Shown piece by piece: positions 10,906 to 22,420 of a stretch of 64,000 nucleotides of DNA. The stretch is taken from positions 111,726,001 through 111,790,000 of the forward strand of contig NC_086097.1 of assembly GCF_963921235.1 (NCBI RefSeq), given 5' to 3'. Numbering within the stretch: the stretch's first letter is position 1; each line of letters starts with the position of its first letter. A program made the position numbers and the translations under genes. The stretch is from Mobula hypostoma. Taxonomy: Eukaryota. Below the pieces are notes generated by a model that was not told where the DNA came from, made no database searches, and was given only the letters and a program-made list of their open reading frames with translations.

Positions 10906-13900
10906 CAACTTACAACATCTCCACCTGCCCCTATGAATACTATTTGGTCTGGCTAATGCCCTGGCTGTTTTACAGGCCCTGGCCAATGATGTGCTCTGGG
11001 ACATGTTGAATCAATTTGTTTTTGTCTCTTTGGATGACATTCTTATCTATTCCCCCTCTCACCAGGAACACATCCAACATGTCCTGAGGTTTCTCAGAAG
11101 GGTCCACAAAAAAAAACCTTTTATGCCAAGCCAGAGAAATGCGAGCTCCACAAAAGAGCAGGTGCTGTTCTTGGGCTTCAACCCTTCCAGTGTTCAAATA
11201 GACCCATGTGAAGTTCAGGCAGTCACAGAATGGCCCAAACCATCTGTGGTCAAACAGGTGAGGCGCTTCAAGGGGTTTGAAAACTTTTTGTGGCCGCTTC
11301 ATCAGAAACTTCAATTTCAGGAGATCGCTGCAGGATTCCCATGGATAAGTGAAGCAGACCAAGCATTCTCAGAACTGAAATGATGCTTCACCATCGCCCC
11401 AGTGCTGCAACATCCAGACCCTTCCTGTCCATTCATAGTTGAGGTTGATGCATCAGATGTCACATCGGAGTTATACTCTCCCAGTGCTCTTCTGTGGTTA
11501 ATCAGCTGCACCCCTGTGCTTTTCTTCCCTGTCTGCAGAGTGTAACTATAATGTTGGGAACTGAGAACTTCTGGCTGTCAAGTAAGTTCTGGACGCAGGC
11601 TAGACTAGCTGGAAGGGGAATAGGACCACTTTCTGCTATGGACAGATCACAAGAATCTCTCCTACATCTGCGGCACCAGGAGAGTCAACATCGATCAAGC
11701 CCTCTTCTTCACCCAGTTTAATTTCACCCATACCTACTATCCTAGCAGCAAGAATATTAAAGCTGATGCTCTCTCCTGCCAGCCACTCCAGAGCCCATCT
11801 TTCCTCACTCGTCTATAGGTGCCCCAATAATTTGGGGAATTAGGAGAGAGCTGCATGTAGAGTTCTTTGTTTGAAAGTTCAGAGCTGTAAGTTGGCCCCA
11901 TGCTACGTGGGGCAATTCATAGTGGAGAAGGCTATCAACCAAGCCTTCTAAAGAATGCGACTACCATCTTCATTAAAGATTCACCAAGTGTTCCATGTTT
12001 CCCAGCTCAAGCTGGTGACTTCCTGCCCCCACCCCCTTCTCCCCACCTGGTGGATGGGACCCTGGTCTATTTTGTATAGCCTTTCTGGCATCTTGCCGGG
12101 TCCAATATCTCGTGGATTGGGAGGGGTTTGATCCTGAGGAATGCTCTTGGCTTCTGGTTCACATCATCCTGAACAAGTCTCTCATCTGGGACTTCTAGTG
12201 GGCATAGGCGTCCGGCACCTCAGGAGCTATGCCCAGGGAGGGAGGCCCTGTCACAACCACAGACTCTACCACAAAGTCTGAGCACCCCCACAGGCAGGAA
12301 GCTGAACAGGGTTGACAATCTCGACCATGAGTATGCATGCTCTAGCCAATTAGTATTTCATTGTGGTTGTGTTTAACCCCCTTAATTTGTTTCAGTTTTG
12401 TTGAATCTTGACTGATGCACAGCAACAGCTACGTTCCCTGCTTATGGTGTTTATAAAAAGCATTCACTCCCCTTGGAAGTTTTCATGTTTTATTGTTTTA
12501 CAATATTAAATCAAAGTGGATTAAATTTGGCTTTTTTGACACTGATTAACAGAAAAGACTTTCATTTCAAAGTGAGAAGAAATTCCTACAAATTGGTTTA
12601 AATTTATTGCAATTATTGAACACAAAATAATTGATTGCATAACTACTCATCCCCTTCAAGTCAGTATTTAGTAGATGCACCTTTGGCAACAATTACAGCC
12701 TTGAGTCTGTGTGGATAGGTCTCCAGCAGCTTTGCACATCTGGACATTGCAATTTTTCCCCACTCTTCTTTACAAAACTGCTGATACTCTGTCAGATTGC
12801 ATGTGGATCATGACTGAATAGCCCTTTTCAAGTCCAGCCACAAATTCTCAATTGGATTGAGGTCTGGACTCTGATTTGGCCACTCCAGGACATAAATTTT
12901 GTTATTTTTAAGCCATTCCTCTGTAGCTTTGGCTTTATGTTTGGGGTCATTGTCTTGCTGGAAAACAAATTTTCTCCCAAGTCCAGTTCTCTTGCAGACT
13001 TCATCAGTTTTCCTCCAGAAATTCCCTGTATTTTGCTGCATTCATTTTACCCTCTACCTTCCAGGGCCTGCTACAGTAAAGCATCTCCACAGCATGATGC
13101 AGCCACCATCACGCTTCATGATAGGGATGGAGTGCTTTTACTGATGTGTGTTGTTTGGCTTATGCCAAACATAGCATTTAGTCTGATGGCCAAAAAGCTC
13201 AATTCTGGTTTCATCAGACCATAGAACTGGAGTCTCCCACAAGCCTTCTGGCAAACTCTAGCTGAGATTTCATGAGTTTTTTCAACAGTGGCTTTCTCTT
13301 TGCCACTCTCCCATAAAGCTGTGTCTAGTGAAGCACCCGGGCAACAGTTGTTTTATGTGCAGACAGTGAAGCTTGTAACTCCTCCAGAGTTGTCACGGTC
13401 TCTTGGTGGCCTCCCTCACTAATCCCCTTCTTGCACTCAGTTTTTGAGGACAGCCTACTCTAGGCAGATTTACAGCTGTGCCATATTCTTTCAATTTCTT
13501 GATGATTGACTTAACTGTACTCCAAGCAGTATTCAGTGATGTCGAAATTTTCTTATACCCATCTCCTGAGTTGTGCTTTTCAATAACTTTTTTGAGGACT
13601 CTTTTGGAGTGTTCTTTTGACCTCACGGTGTAGTTTTTGCCTGGAGACTGACTCACCAAAAGTTGGTCCTTCCAGATACAGGTGTATTTTTACTCCAATC
13701 AATTCAAACACCTTGACTGCACACAGGTCTCTAAAAACAGATCTCCATTTAACCAATTATATGACTTCTAAAACCAAATGGCTGCACCAGTGATAATTTG
13801 GTGTGTATTATTAAAGGGGATGAAAATGCAATCAATTATTTTGTGTTTTATATTTGCAATTAATTTAGATCACTTTGCAGAGATCTGTTTTCACTTTGAC

Positions 13901-14276
13901 ACAAAAGAGTCTTCTTTTGTTCATCAGTGTCAAAAAAAAGCCAAATTAAATCCACTTTGATTCAATGTTGTAAAACAATAAGACATGAAAACTTCCAAGG
14001 AGGTGAATACTTTTTATAGGCACTGTACTTTAACCCTTATTCTGGGAAACAAGACCACAGCTCAGATTGATGCTGTATTAATTTACTTACTGTTTCTGAG
14101 CCACATTGTCAATGTCAGCTTTAGTTTGAGAGTTCTAGTTAATGGCCTTGTTAAACTGGTGTTTATCCTCTTTCCTTTTGTTCTCAATAGTTCTTATTAA
14201 AATTCAATGAACTGTCCAATCTGCTTCAGTGTCTCTCCCTCTTTAGTTGGACCATAACCACACATCCTTGTCAACA
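10906..14276 (+). mobile_element. 3' half of the Sushi-like Gypsy element: RT, RNase H, chromodomain, PPT and 3' LTR (LTR split by Tc1)
   Basis: ORF 10991..11383 FVFVSLDDILIYS; APVLQHPDPSCPFIVEVDASD at ~11395-11460; [16 protein letters not shown] chromodomain at ~12102-12150; GGGAGGGAGG PPT then TGTCAC at 12249; LTR ends ...ATCCTTGTCAACA at 14276. Confidence 0.85.
12445..14025 (-). mobile_element. Tc1 (DD34E) DNA transposon with long IR/DR-type TIRs, defective
   Basis: ~220-bp inverted termini, TA on both sides; N-terminal HTH remnant (13393..13659 GDGYKKISTSL..STVKSIIKK); [11 protein letters not shown] and [17 protein letters not shown] (12808..13041). Confidence 0.93.
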
Positions 14277-14619
14277 TTAGAGATAGGGACGTTGTCGGAG
14301 AAGATTCTGAGGGACATTTTATATCAACTTGAAAAGAGAGGGACTAAATGGGATCAGTCAATATGGTTTTGAGTATTTTGAGGAGTAACTAAGAAAATGT
14401 GGTAAATATTATTTATGCACCTTTGTCAAGGCTTTTGATAAGATCCTGCATGGTAGGCTTCTCCAGAACATTAAGGCACAAGGGATTCTCGGTGTGTTGG
14501 CAAACTGGATGCAAAGTTGGCTAGATGGCAGGAGGCAGAGGATTGTAGTGGATTTGTGCGTTTGCTGACAGGAATCTTGTCAGAAGTTTTGTACAGATTA
14601 TATACTGTACATATATAAA

Positions 14620-15742
14620 TGTATACCTATAATTGGGACACATTGGAATCAGTACATTTTGGTCAGTGAAGCGGCTGTCCCAATTAGCTGAAGTTTCATG
14701 GAAATAGTTAAGAATGTATAAAAAAAGAAAAAGTACCATTTAACTGAGTAACTAAATATGTATTTAAATATGAAGGACAGAATAAATGGTGTTGGCGCAT
14801 GGCCAAGTGGTTAAGGCGTTCGTCTAGTGATCTGAAGGTCGCTAGTTCGAGCCTTGGCTGAGGCAGCATGTTGTGTCCTTGAGCAAGGCACTTAACCACA
14901 CATTGCTCTGCGATGACACCCGTGCCAAATTGTATGGGTCCTAATGCCCTTCCCTTGGACAACATCGGTGGCGTGGAGAGGGGAGACTTGCAGCATGGGC
15001 AACTGCCGGTCTTTCATACGACCTTGCCCAGGCCTGCGCCTGGAACCTTCCAAGGCACAAATCCATGGTCTCACAAGACTAACGGATGCCTACAAAAATA
15101 CACAGAATAAATGAGAATACCATCAATACCAATAAAGTACGATAAAACTGTATTAGTTCCTAATTGTATATTGACGGAGGAATTAATCCTGTGTACCTGT
15201 ATGCTGCTGCATTCTTTTGATAATGCACCATGTAGATAATGGACTTCCTTCATGCAATGCTATCGAAGATTATATCTTTCAAATCTTCATAGCAACATTC
15301 AAGATGGTTGTCAATACCTTCAAATCCTTCATAGTTTCTAACTTACTGAAGTAGTGAAATCATTTCATTTAGATTCCTGGCCATTTGCAGCATCTCCAAG
15401 CCTGAATACTTGAAACTGCTGTGAGCAAAACAGTTCTGAATTGTCTAGCTGCTTATTTTTCACCAACTATCAGTGACAAAGATCACTGCTGTTTGAACAG
15501 AAGTGCACGCAACTGATGAACATTTAAAAACTATTGGCTCGGAGTATGGTGTAGCGTCTAACAGCTGAACAAGTGCATGCAAGTGACACTAGTTAGAAAC
15601 TGTTCAGCAACAGTTTCCTGCCCTCAGTTAAGTGGCATAGTGTCTAAATAAACACAGAGAAGCCTGGCTATTTTCTTAATAAGTTTTTGTTCTTTAAGGT
15701 TGTCCCAAATGAATGGCTGCCCTGATTAACCAAAATCCACTG
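14620..15742. mobile_element. Probable non-autonomous Tigger/pogo-type element hosting a SINE
   Basis: Repeated GCTGTCCCAATTA-like subterminal motifs at both ends; ends GATTAACCAAAATCCACTG; no intact ORF. Confidence 0.4.
14787..15092 (+). mobile_element. tRNA-derived SINE
   Basis: A box TGGCCAAGTGG, B box AGTTCGAGCC, followed by GTGTCCTTGAGCAAGGCACTTAAC body and a ~170-bp 3' domain. Confidence 0.85.
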
Positions 15743-15945
15743 TGTGTGTGTGTGTGTATAGAATTGAACTGAATTGAATGGAATTGACTTTATTTCTTAC
15801 ATCCTTCACATACATTGGAGTAAAAATCTTTACGTTACGTCTCCGTCAGAAGGTGCAATGTGCAAATTATAGTAATTCGTAATAAATAGTATGTACTGTA
15901 AGATATACAACAGAACAGACAATATAGCTCTGAAATACAATTGTG

Positions 15946-16716
15946 CCAGCCGACTCACAGGTGAAGTGTCGCCTCACCTGGAAGGACTGTTCGGCTGGGT
16001 TGATATACTGCGTCCGGTGCTCCCGATGTGGCCTTTTATATATTGGCGAGACCCGACGCAGACTGGGAGACCGCTTTGCTGAACACCTATGCTCTGTCCG
16101 CCAGAGAAAGCAGGATCTCCCGGTGGCCACACATTTTAATTCCACCTCCTATTCCTATTCTGACATGTCTATCCACGGCCTCCTCTACTGTAAAGATGAA
16201 GCCACACTCAGGTTGGAGGAACAACACCTTGTATTCCGTCTGGGTAGCCTCCAACCTGATGGCATGAACATCGACTTCTCTAACTTCCGCTAATGCCCCA
16301 CTTCCCCCTCGTACCCCATCTGTTACTTATTTTTATACACACATTCTTTCTCTCACTCTCCTTCTTCTCCCTCTGTCCCTCTGAATATACCCCTTGCCCA
16401 TCCTCTGGGTCCCCCGCGCTCCCCCCGCACTTGTCTTTCTTCCCGGACCTCCTGTCCCATGATCCTCTCGTATCCCTTTTGCCAATCACCTGTCCAGCTC
16501 TTGGCTCCATCCCTCCCCCTCCTGTCTTCTCCTATCATTTTGGATCTCCCCCTCCCCCTCCAACTTTCAAATCTCTTACTCACTCTTCCTTCAGTTAGTC
16601 CTGATGAAGGGTCTCGGCCTGAAACGTTGACTGTACCTCTTCCTGCCTGGCCTGCTGCGTTCACCAGCAACTTTGATGTGTGTTGCTTGAATTTCCAGCA
16701 TCTGCAGAATTCCTGT
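15946..16716 (+). mobile_element. Penelope-like element 3' fragment (GIY-YIG endonuclease end + terminal repeat)
   Basis: ORF 15943..16293 LIYCVRCSRCGLLYIGETRRRLGDRFAEH...PVATHFN...LQPDGMNIDF; pyrimidine-rich 3' region and hammerhead motif. Confidence 0.93.
16597..16632 (+). ncRNA. Minimal hammerhead motif (GUU triplet variant)
   Basis: AGTC-CTGATGA-AGGGTCTCGGCCT-GAAAC-GTT-GACT. Confidence 0.75.
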
Positions 16717-18554
16717 TATATACAGACCAAGTGAGGTTCTCAGTGATGTGTATACCGAGGAACTTAAAGCTGTTCACCCTCGCAATCTCAGATCCACTGA
16801 TGTCAATAGGGGTTTGCCTGACTCCATTCCTCCTGTAGTCCACAAACAGCTCCTTTGTTTTTGCGATATTGAGGGAGAGGTTGTTTTCTTGACACCACTG
16901 TGCCAGGGTGATGACTTCTCTGTAGGCTGCCTCATTATTATTTGAGATAAGGCTAATCAATGTAGTATCATCTACAAATTTAATTAGTGGATTGGAGCTG
17001 TGGTTGGCAACAGAGTCATGGGTGTATAGAGAATAAAGGAGGGACCTTAGGACACAACCCTGGGGAGCTCCTGCATTGAGGGACAGAGGTCTCTGAGCTT
17101 CTTATAAAGTCTGGAGGGAATTATGGTGTTGAATGCTGAACTGTAGTCTAAGAACAGCATTCTCACATAAGCATCATTCTTCTCTAGATGTGTAAGGACG
17201 GTGTGTAGAGCAGTGGCTATTGCGTCATTTGTCAATTGGTTGTGTCGGTAGGTGAATTGTAGGGGGTCCAGCGTGGGTGGTAGCAAGCTGCAGATGTACT
17301 CCTTGACCAGCCTCTCAAAGCATTTGCTTATTATTGAGATGAGTGCAACAGGACGCCAGCCATATGACATGTTACCTTGGTCTTTTTAGGTACAGGGACA
17401 ATGGTGTATGTTTTGAAGCAGGAGAGCACTCTACGCTGGGAGAGGGTGAGATTAAAAATGTCCACTCGTTGGAAACACTTGCATACTTCAGCCTCAGAGA
17501 TGACCAAGGTGCAGGGTGCATCAACGACTCTCCTCTGGGGCTCAGTGTTGGCGACATTGAACAGAGTGTGAAAAAGATTTAGCTCATCTGGGAGCGAGAC
17601 AGTGATGTTGGCAGCACCACTGCATTTAGCTTTGAAGTCTGCGATGGTGTGCAGACCTTGTTATAAGCTACTCGTGTTGTTGGTGGGGAATTGTGTCTGG
17701 ATCTTGTCCCTGTATTGTCGTTTCGTTGCCTTGACGACTTTGCGTAGATTGTAGCTGCGTTTCTTGGTGGTTACCAGCAGTGAAAGTTCTGTCTCGCTCA
17801 GTGGCTGCAGTGTGCTCGGAACTGCTGATCCAGGGCTTCTGGTTTGGATAGACCCTGACCGATTTTTGGGAGACAAATGTCCTCGATGCACTTCCGGATG
17901 AAGTGTGTGTGTGTGATAAATAAATAGATATTTATATAGTTGAAGTACTTTATTTCTATACATTGGCAAAGGAAATTGGCAAAGGAACAACAGGCATTTC
18001 ACCAAAACGATGAACTATCATACAAGTAAAGTTGCTTAAGTAAAGGTTTAGTGCTTTGACAGATCTGGAAATCTGGAAATTTAGGTAGTGTGTTGCAAGG
18101 TGGGCACTAGGTTACAATATTAGTGTTAGTTTAGTCACAGATTTGTTCAGTTACATCAACCAGAGTCAACTGGACCATTATTGCCCAACATAATCCCTTG
18201 ACATTATCATGTAAATTCAGCACACTAGTTCAATAGTTCTCTTGATGTCTTTCCCTTCCAAACATGTTAAATTTATAACTGAATCTGCATTAAATAATTA
18301 GATACACAGAACAACAGAAGTAAAACTATCAAACAAATTGATTGGATTAAAACAATCTATTTTGGATCAAAAACACAAAAGGAAAAATGACTTGGCCATG
18401 GCTTACAGAGGTTAGTATAGTTTCAAAAGGAGGCACAAAGCATTGCAGAAATAGAAGGCCTGATGACTGGGAGTAGGGATTATGAATGGTAAAGAGGATG
18501 CAGAGGCTTTGAGGCAATTTAGACAAGTTGTATATTTGGGGAACTACATGACAG

Positions 18555-18850
18555 TGGCAAGTCGTGATGGTGGCTGGCATCCCTCTGTCTTGAAGAACAA
18601 TGGGCGATCACCATTACAAGCCTGGGTGGAAGGTATGGAGATCCTGAGATGCCCAGTTGTCAAGGTCCCCCTCTCAGCTTCACCAAAGGAAAGCTTATGA
18701 GGCAATACATTTGACACTAGCTTGGCTGCAGGAGCTGCCGGAAGGATGTTCAGTGATGTCCAGCCACTTTAGGGGCTCCACTCCTGATTTGCTGTCTGGG
18801 TCTTCGTCTCTCCTCGAGTCTGCCCACAAGGCCGTGGGGCTTATTTGGCC
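18555..18850 (-). mobile_element. Degraded non-LTR-derived repeat related to 51670-52200
   Basis: Shares CCAAAGGAA...TTTG(G/A)CAC(C/T)AG...GCAGG(A/T)G(C/T)TGCC...CTCCA(G)CTCC..ATTT motif string with 51810-51920. Confidence 0.45.
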
Positions 18851-19235
18851 AGTGGCAGTACAAAATGGATAAATGTGAAATTAGCTATTTTGGCATGAAT
18901 AAATAGAAATACAGAGTATTATTTACATTATGATTGATCGGTAGACTATTAAATTCTTGGGTGTAACTCAGGATATCTAACAGATGCTGGCCTTCCATCA
19001 CAAAACAAAAATTATGAAATGCATTTTAAGGAAACGGAGATGGTTTGATATTACTCAATTGCGATGCATAAATCAGAATTTTTTCCCCTTTTCTTTCAGC
19101 TTTGTGGGTTTTATTTCAATAATATTAACAGTTCTTTAAAAATATTAACATTTAATGAACCTCTTCTACCATTTCATATTTATACCAGGCCTTGAAAAAT
19201 CACCAAGCTGAAATGATATATATGCAGATTCTCAC

Positions 19236-19486
19236 CTTGTAGCTTGTGCAGCAAAGTATTGGACTCTGACCAGAGAACTTCCTTTAACCATGTAGGTCTG
19301 GCTAATGCTACAGATGACCTTCATGCCCCAGGGCACACAGGCCCCCTCCTTTCGAGTGATCTCATTCACCAGTCCATTCAGCTTCCATTCAGAAGGCTGT
19401 GGGTACACTCCACCCTTCCCCTCTCCACCCAAGCTCCCTCCCAGCCAGAGTACTGTTCTGGACAGTGGTGCTTTTGTGGCGAACAT
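19236..19486 (-). CDS. Candidate first coding exon of an unidentified host gene
   Basis: Non-repetitive sequence; ATG 19486 opens 83 codons (MFATKAPLSRTVLWL...SLVRVQYFAAQATR) ending at AG|GTGAGA donor; TATA-like element ~125 nt upstream. Confidence 0.4.
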
Positions 19487-19610
19487 GATCCTCTAAGCCC
19501 TGGCTTCGCAACCCGATTCTGTTGATATCTTGTTAGTGTTTTTAATTCTGGTCTGGTATCAAAAGAATTTGAAGTCCCTCGACTCGGCTCTGATCAGGTG
19601 GAGCAAATGC

Positions 19611-19620
19611 TTTATAAATA
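19611..19620 (-). promoter_or_regulatory. TATA-box-like element upstream of the candidate exon
   Basis: TATTTATAAA on - strand. Confidence 0.35.
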
Positions 19621-21083
19621 AATAAGGATCAGTTCTGTGGGGGCATGACAGGGCTGATTACATACAGATTACTGGGAGAATGCCGCTTATACATGCAACA
19701 CTTCCTTTTTTCATAACAAATGACCTCACTGTGGAGAGTAATTACTCAACCTGACTATGCGCTTGGAATTCAGATCAAATATCAGGCATGGGCTTCAGTT
19801 TTGTGCCAAAGTAGGTTTCTATGCTGAATCCCAAGGTTATAACTGCATGGTTAAGTGCTGGCAGCTGCACAGTTTAAGAACATATCTGTTTGTTAGCACA
19901 CACAGAACTGAAAAACTTTCATTGGCAATTGAAACTCAATGACGTTCTTTGAAGTGAATCACTGCTGCCTTGTAACTTTTTAAAACAACATTAGCATTTA
20001 ATGCAATGCAGTATTTCTGGCTCCTAAATCACATAATTTGTCCATTGCAAATTGAAAAATTGCTACTACTCTGCTCTCAGGGCTTTTAATGTATATGTAA
20101 AGTGCACTGAAATGTTTTTAAGAAATTGTAACAAGTGACTTCCTTCACAAAATGGTACTTTTGGTAAAATTGCACCTGCAGGTTTACTTAGAGAAACTAA
20201 TTTGAAAATAGAATCAGCATTCTCATATACCAAACAACCTGACAAAGGTTAATTCCAACAAGATTCTGTTGTTACTCTGCAGTGTGTGATTCCTGAAACC
20301 ATCTTCCTGTTTTTCTCCTTGGGCAGTCCCTGAGAACTGAGAACGAACACATGAAAAGAGATCAGGACTAGGGCCACCAATCCCCACAAACCTATTCCCC
20401 CATTCAGTGAGACCGTGGCGGATTTATGCCGGCCTCTACTCTGGTTCTGTTCCCTCTGTCTGTGGATCTTTCAAAAATATCTCTGCTTACCCTTCAAATG
20501 AGCTTGCCTCCACAACACTCTGAGGCAGAGATTCGTCACCACTTGCTTCCAGTCTGGTTTTGTTGTCTCTGAGGTAGCTAATAAGGACAACATTGGAACT
20601 ATTGACTCTTGCACAGATGAGGCAGGAGTTGGTTAACAGGCAGGCAGGAAGCAGTTTGTGAGATGGTGCTATAATGCTGCCAGTAACGTTATAGATTCTG
20701 TGTGGTCCCAATGGACAGCTTTGATGTCATCAATATGACAGAATTCTCCTTTGCCATTTTGAGCTCTCATTGGCACAGGGGTTCCCCAGAATCACTGGGC
20801 TGCTGTATTTCCTCAAGGAAGAGCTGAGCATATTCTTGAAGATTTTACTCTTTCCTTTGGCAGTTTGCTCAAATGACAGAGTCCAGAACAGAGCATCACT
20901 CCCTGGAGGCTGGTGTCAGATCTGCAATCAAGGGGCCAGCCCAATGTACCTGACCAAGAGAAATAGTGTGTTTGTATTCTTATTGCTCCACTTTTATTCT
21001 TTCTTCTCTCTCTCTCTCGATATGCACTCAATTTGTGTTGGTTAATTTTGTCATGTAAGTTATGTATAACATAGGTTAAGATA

Positions 21084-21651
21084 CACACAGTGGCCACTTT
21101 ACTAGGTACCTCCTATACCTAATAAAGAGGCCACTGAGTGTATGTTCATGGTCTTCTGCTGCTGTAGCCAAACCACTTCAAGATTTGACATGTTGTGCAC
21201 TCAGTAATGCTCCTCTGCACACCACTGTTGTAATGTGTGGTAAAACCTGAGTTACTGTTGCCTTCTTGTCAGCTCCGTCTGGCCATCCTCCTTTGACCTC
21301 TATCATTAACAAGGAATTTTCACACACAGGACTGCCACTCACTGGATGTCTTTTTTGTTTTTCACACCATTCTCTGTAAGTTCTAGTGACTGCTGTGTAT
21401 GAAAATCCTATGAGATCAGCAGTTTCTGAGATACTCAAACCAACCCATCTAACATCAACAGTGATTCAACAGTCAAAATCATTTAGATCACATTTCTTCC
21501 CTAGTCTGATGTTTGGACCGAACAACAACCGAACCTCTTGACCATGTCTGCATGCTTTTATGCATTGAGCTGTTGCCACATGATTGGCTGATTAGCTATT
21601 TGCATGAATGAGCAGGTGTACAGGTCTACCTAATAAATTGGCCACAGAGTG
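21084..21651. mobile_element. Non-autonomous Tc1-type MITE
   Basis: Termini CACACAGTGGCCACTTTACTAGG / CCTAATAAATTGGCCACAGAGTG, TA flanks; LSISETADLIGFS HTH remnant; same family at 30320 and 38458. Confidence 0.85.
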
Positions 21652-21869
21652 TAAGTTTATGTTAACTTATGTTTGTAATGAACTCTGCTGCATGACATAA
21701 TTTTCATGACATTTTATACTGTGGGTATGACTTGAAATTGAATGCTGGAGTTGCTGGACTAAGACTTTCACATTGACTTTGGTTTGTTTATCCTTCCAGT
21801 GAGTTTGGAGGTTATTGCAAAGACAGCATTGGTGTAATTTTTCAGTACCTTATGATGTCTGTCATTGAT

Positions 21870-22420
21870 AGTTCATCAAGGATGTCATGCTGAGGCATTG
21901 TGAGGCATTGGTCATACTGCACTTGGAGTATTGTGAGCAGTTTGGGGCTCCTTATCTAAGAAAAGATGTGCTGGCTTTGGAGAGTGTCAGAGGACATTCC
22001 CAGGGATGAAATGGTTAATATTTGCTGGTTTTGGGGCTGCACTCACTGGAGTTTAGAAGAATGAAGAAGGGATCTCAATGAAACCTATTGAATCTTAAAA
22101 GGCTTAGATACAGTGGATGTGGAGAGGATATTTCCAATAACTGGGAGTCTTGAACCAAAGAGCACAGTCTCAGAATACAAGGATGTCCCTTTAGAACAGA
22201 GATGAGGAGGAATTTCTTCAGCGAGAGGGTGATGAATTTGTGGAATTCTTTGCCATTGCTACTGATGGCTGTGAAGGCCAAGCCAGGTATTCATAGGTTC
22301 TTGATTAGTAAGGGCATCAAAAGTTACAGGAGAAAGCAGGAAATTTGGGATGAGAGTGATAATAAATCAGCCATGATAGAATGGTGGAGCAGGCTCGATG
22401 AGCTGAATGGCGTAATTCTA
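21870..22420 (+). mobile_element. Degraded CR1 3' fragment
   Basis: HLEYCEQFGAPYLRKD codons; MRRNFFSERVMNLWNSLP (22202..22492); 3' UTR. Confidence 0.85.

Larger units (their letters stand above)
15760..17910 (-). mobile_element. Rex1/Babar LINE (RT + 3' tail), interrupted by a Penelope copy
   Basis: [18 protein letters not shown]...DPLQFTYR...[15 protein letters not shown] (17047..17370); LSLNIAKTKELFVDYRR (16661..16960); (ATTGA)n tail at 15760-15790. Confidence 0.9.

Noticed and set aside
14787..14862. tRNA gene
   Set aside because: A and B boxes are present, but there is no convincing cloverleaf or terminator and it runs into a SINE body; the same applies to 42485-42560.
16280..16734. Pro/Leu/Ser-rich or Gly/Arg-rich ORFs (also 25612-26374, 27288-27653, 39473-39902)
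   Set aside because: Artefacts of the pyrimidine-rich Penelope 3' region and its complement, repeated at every copy.
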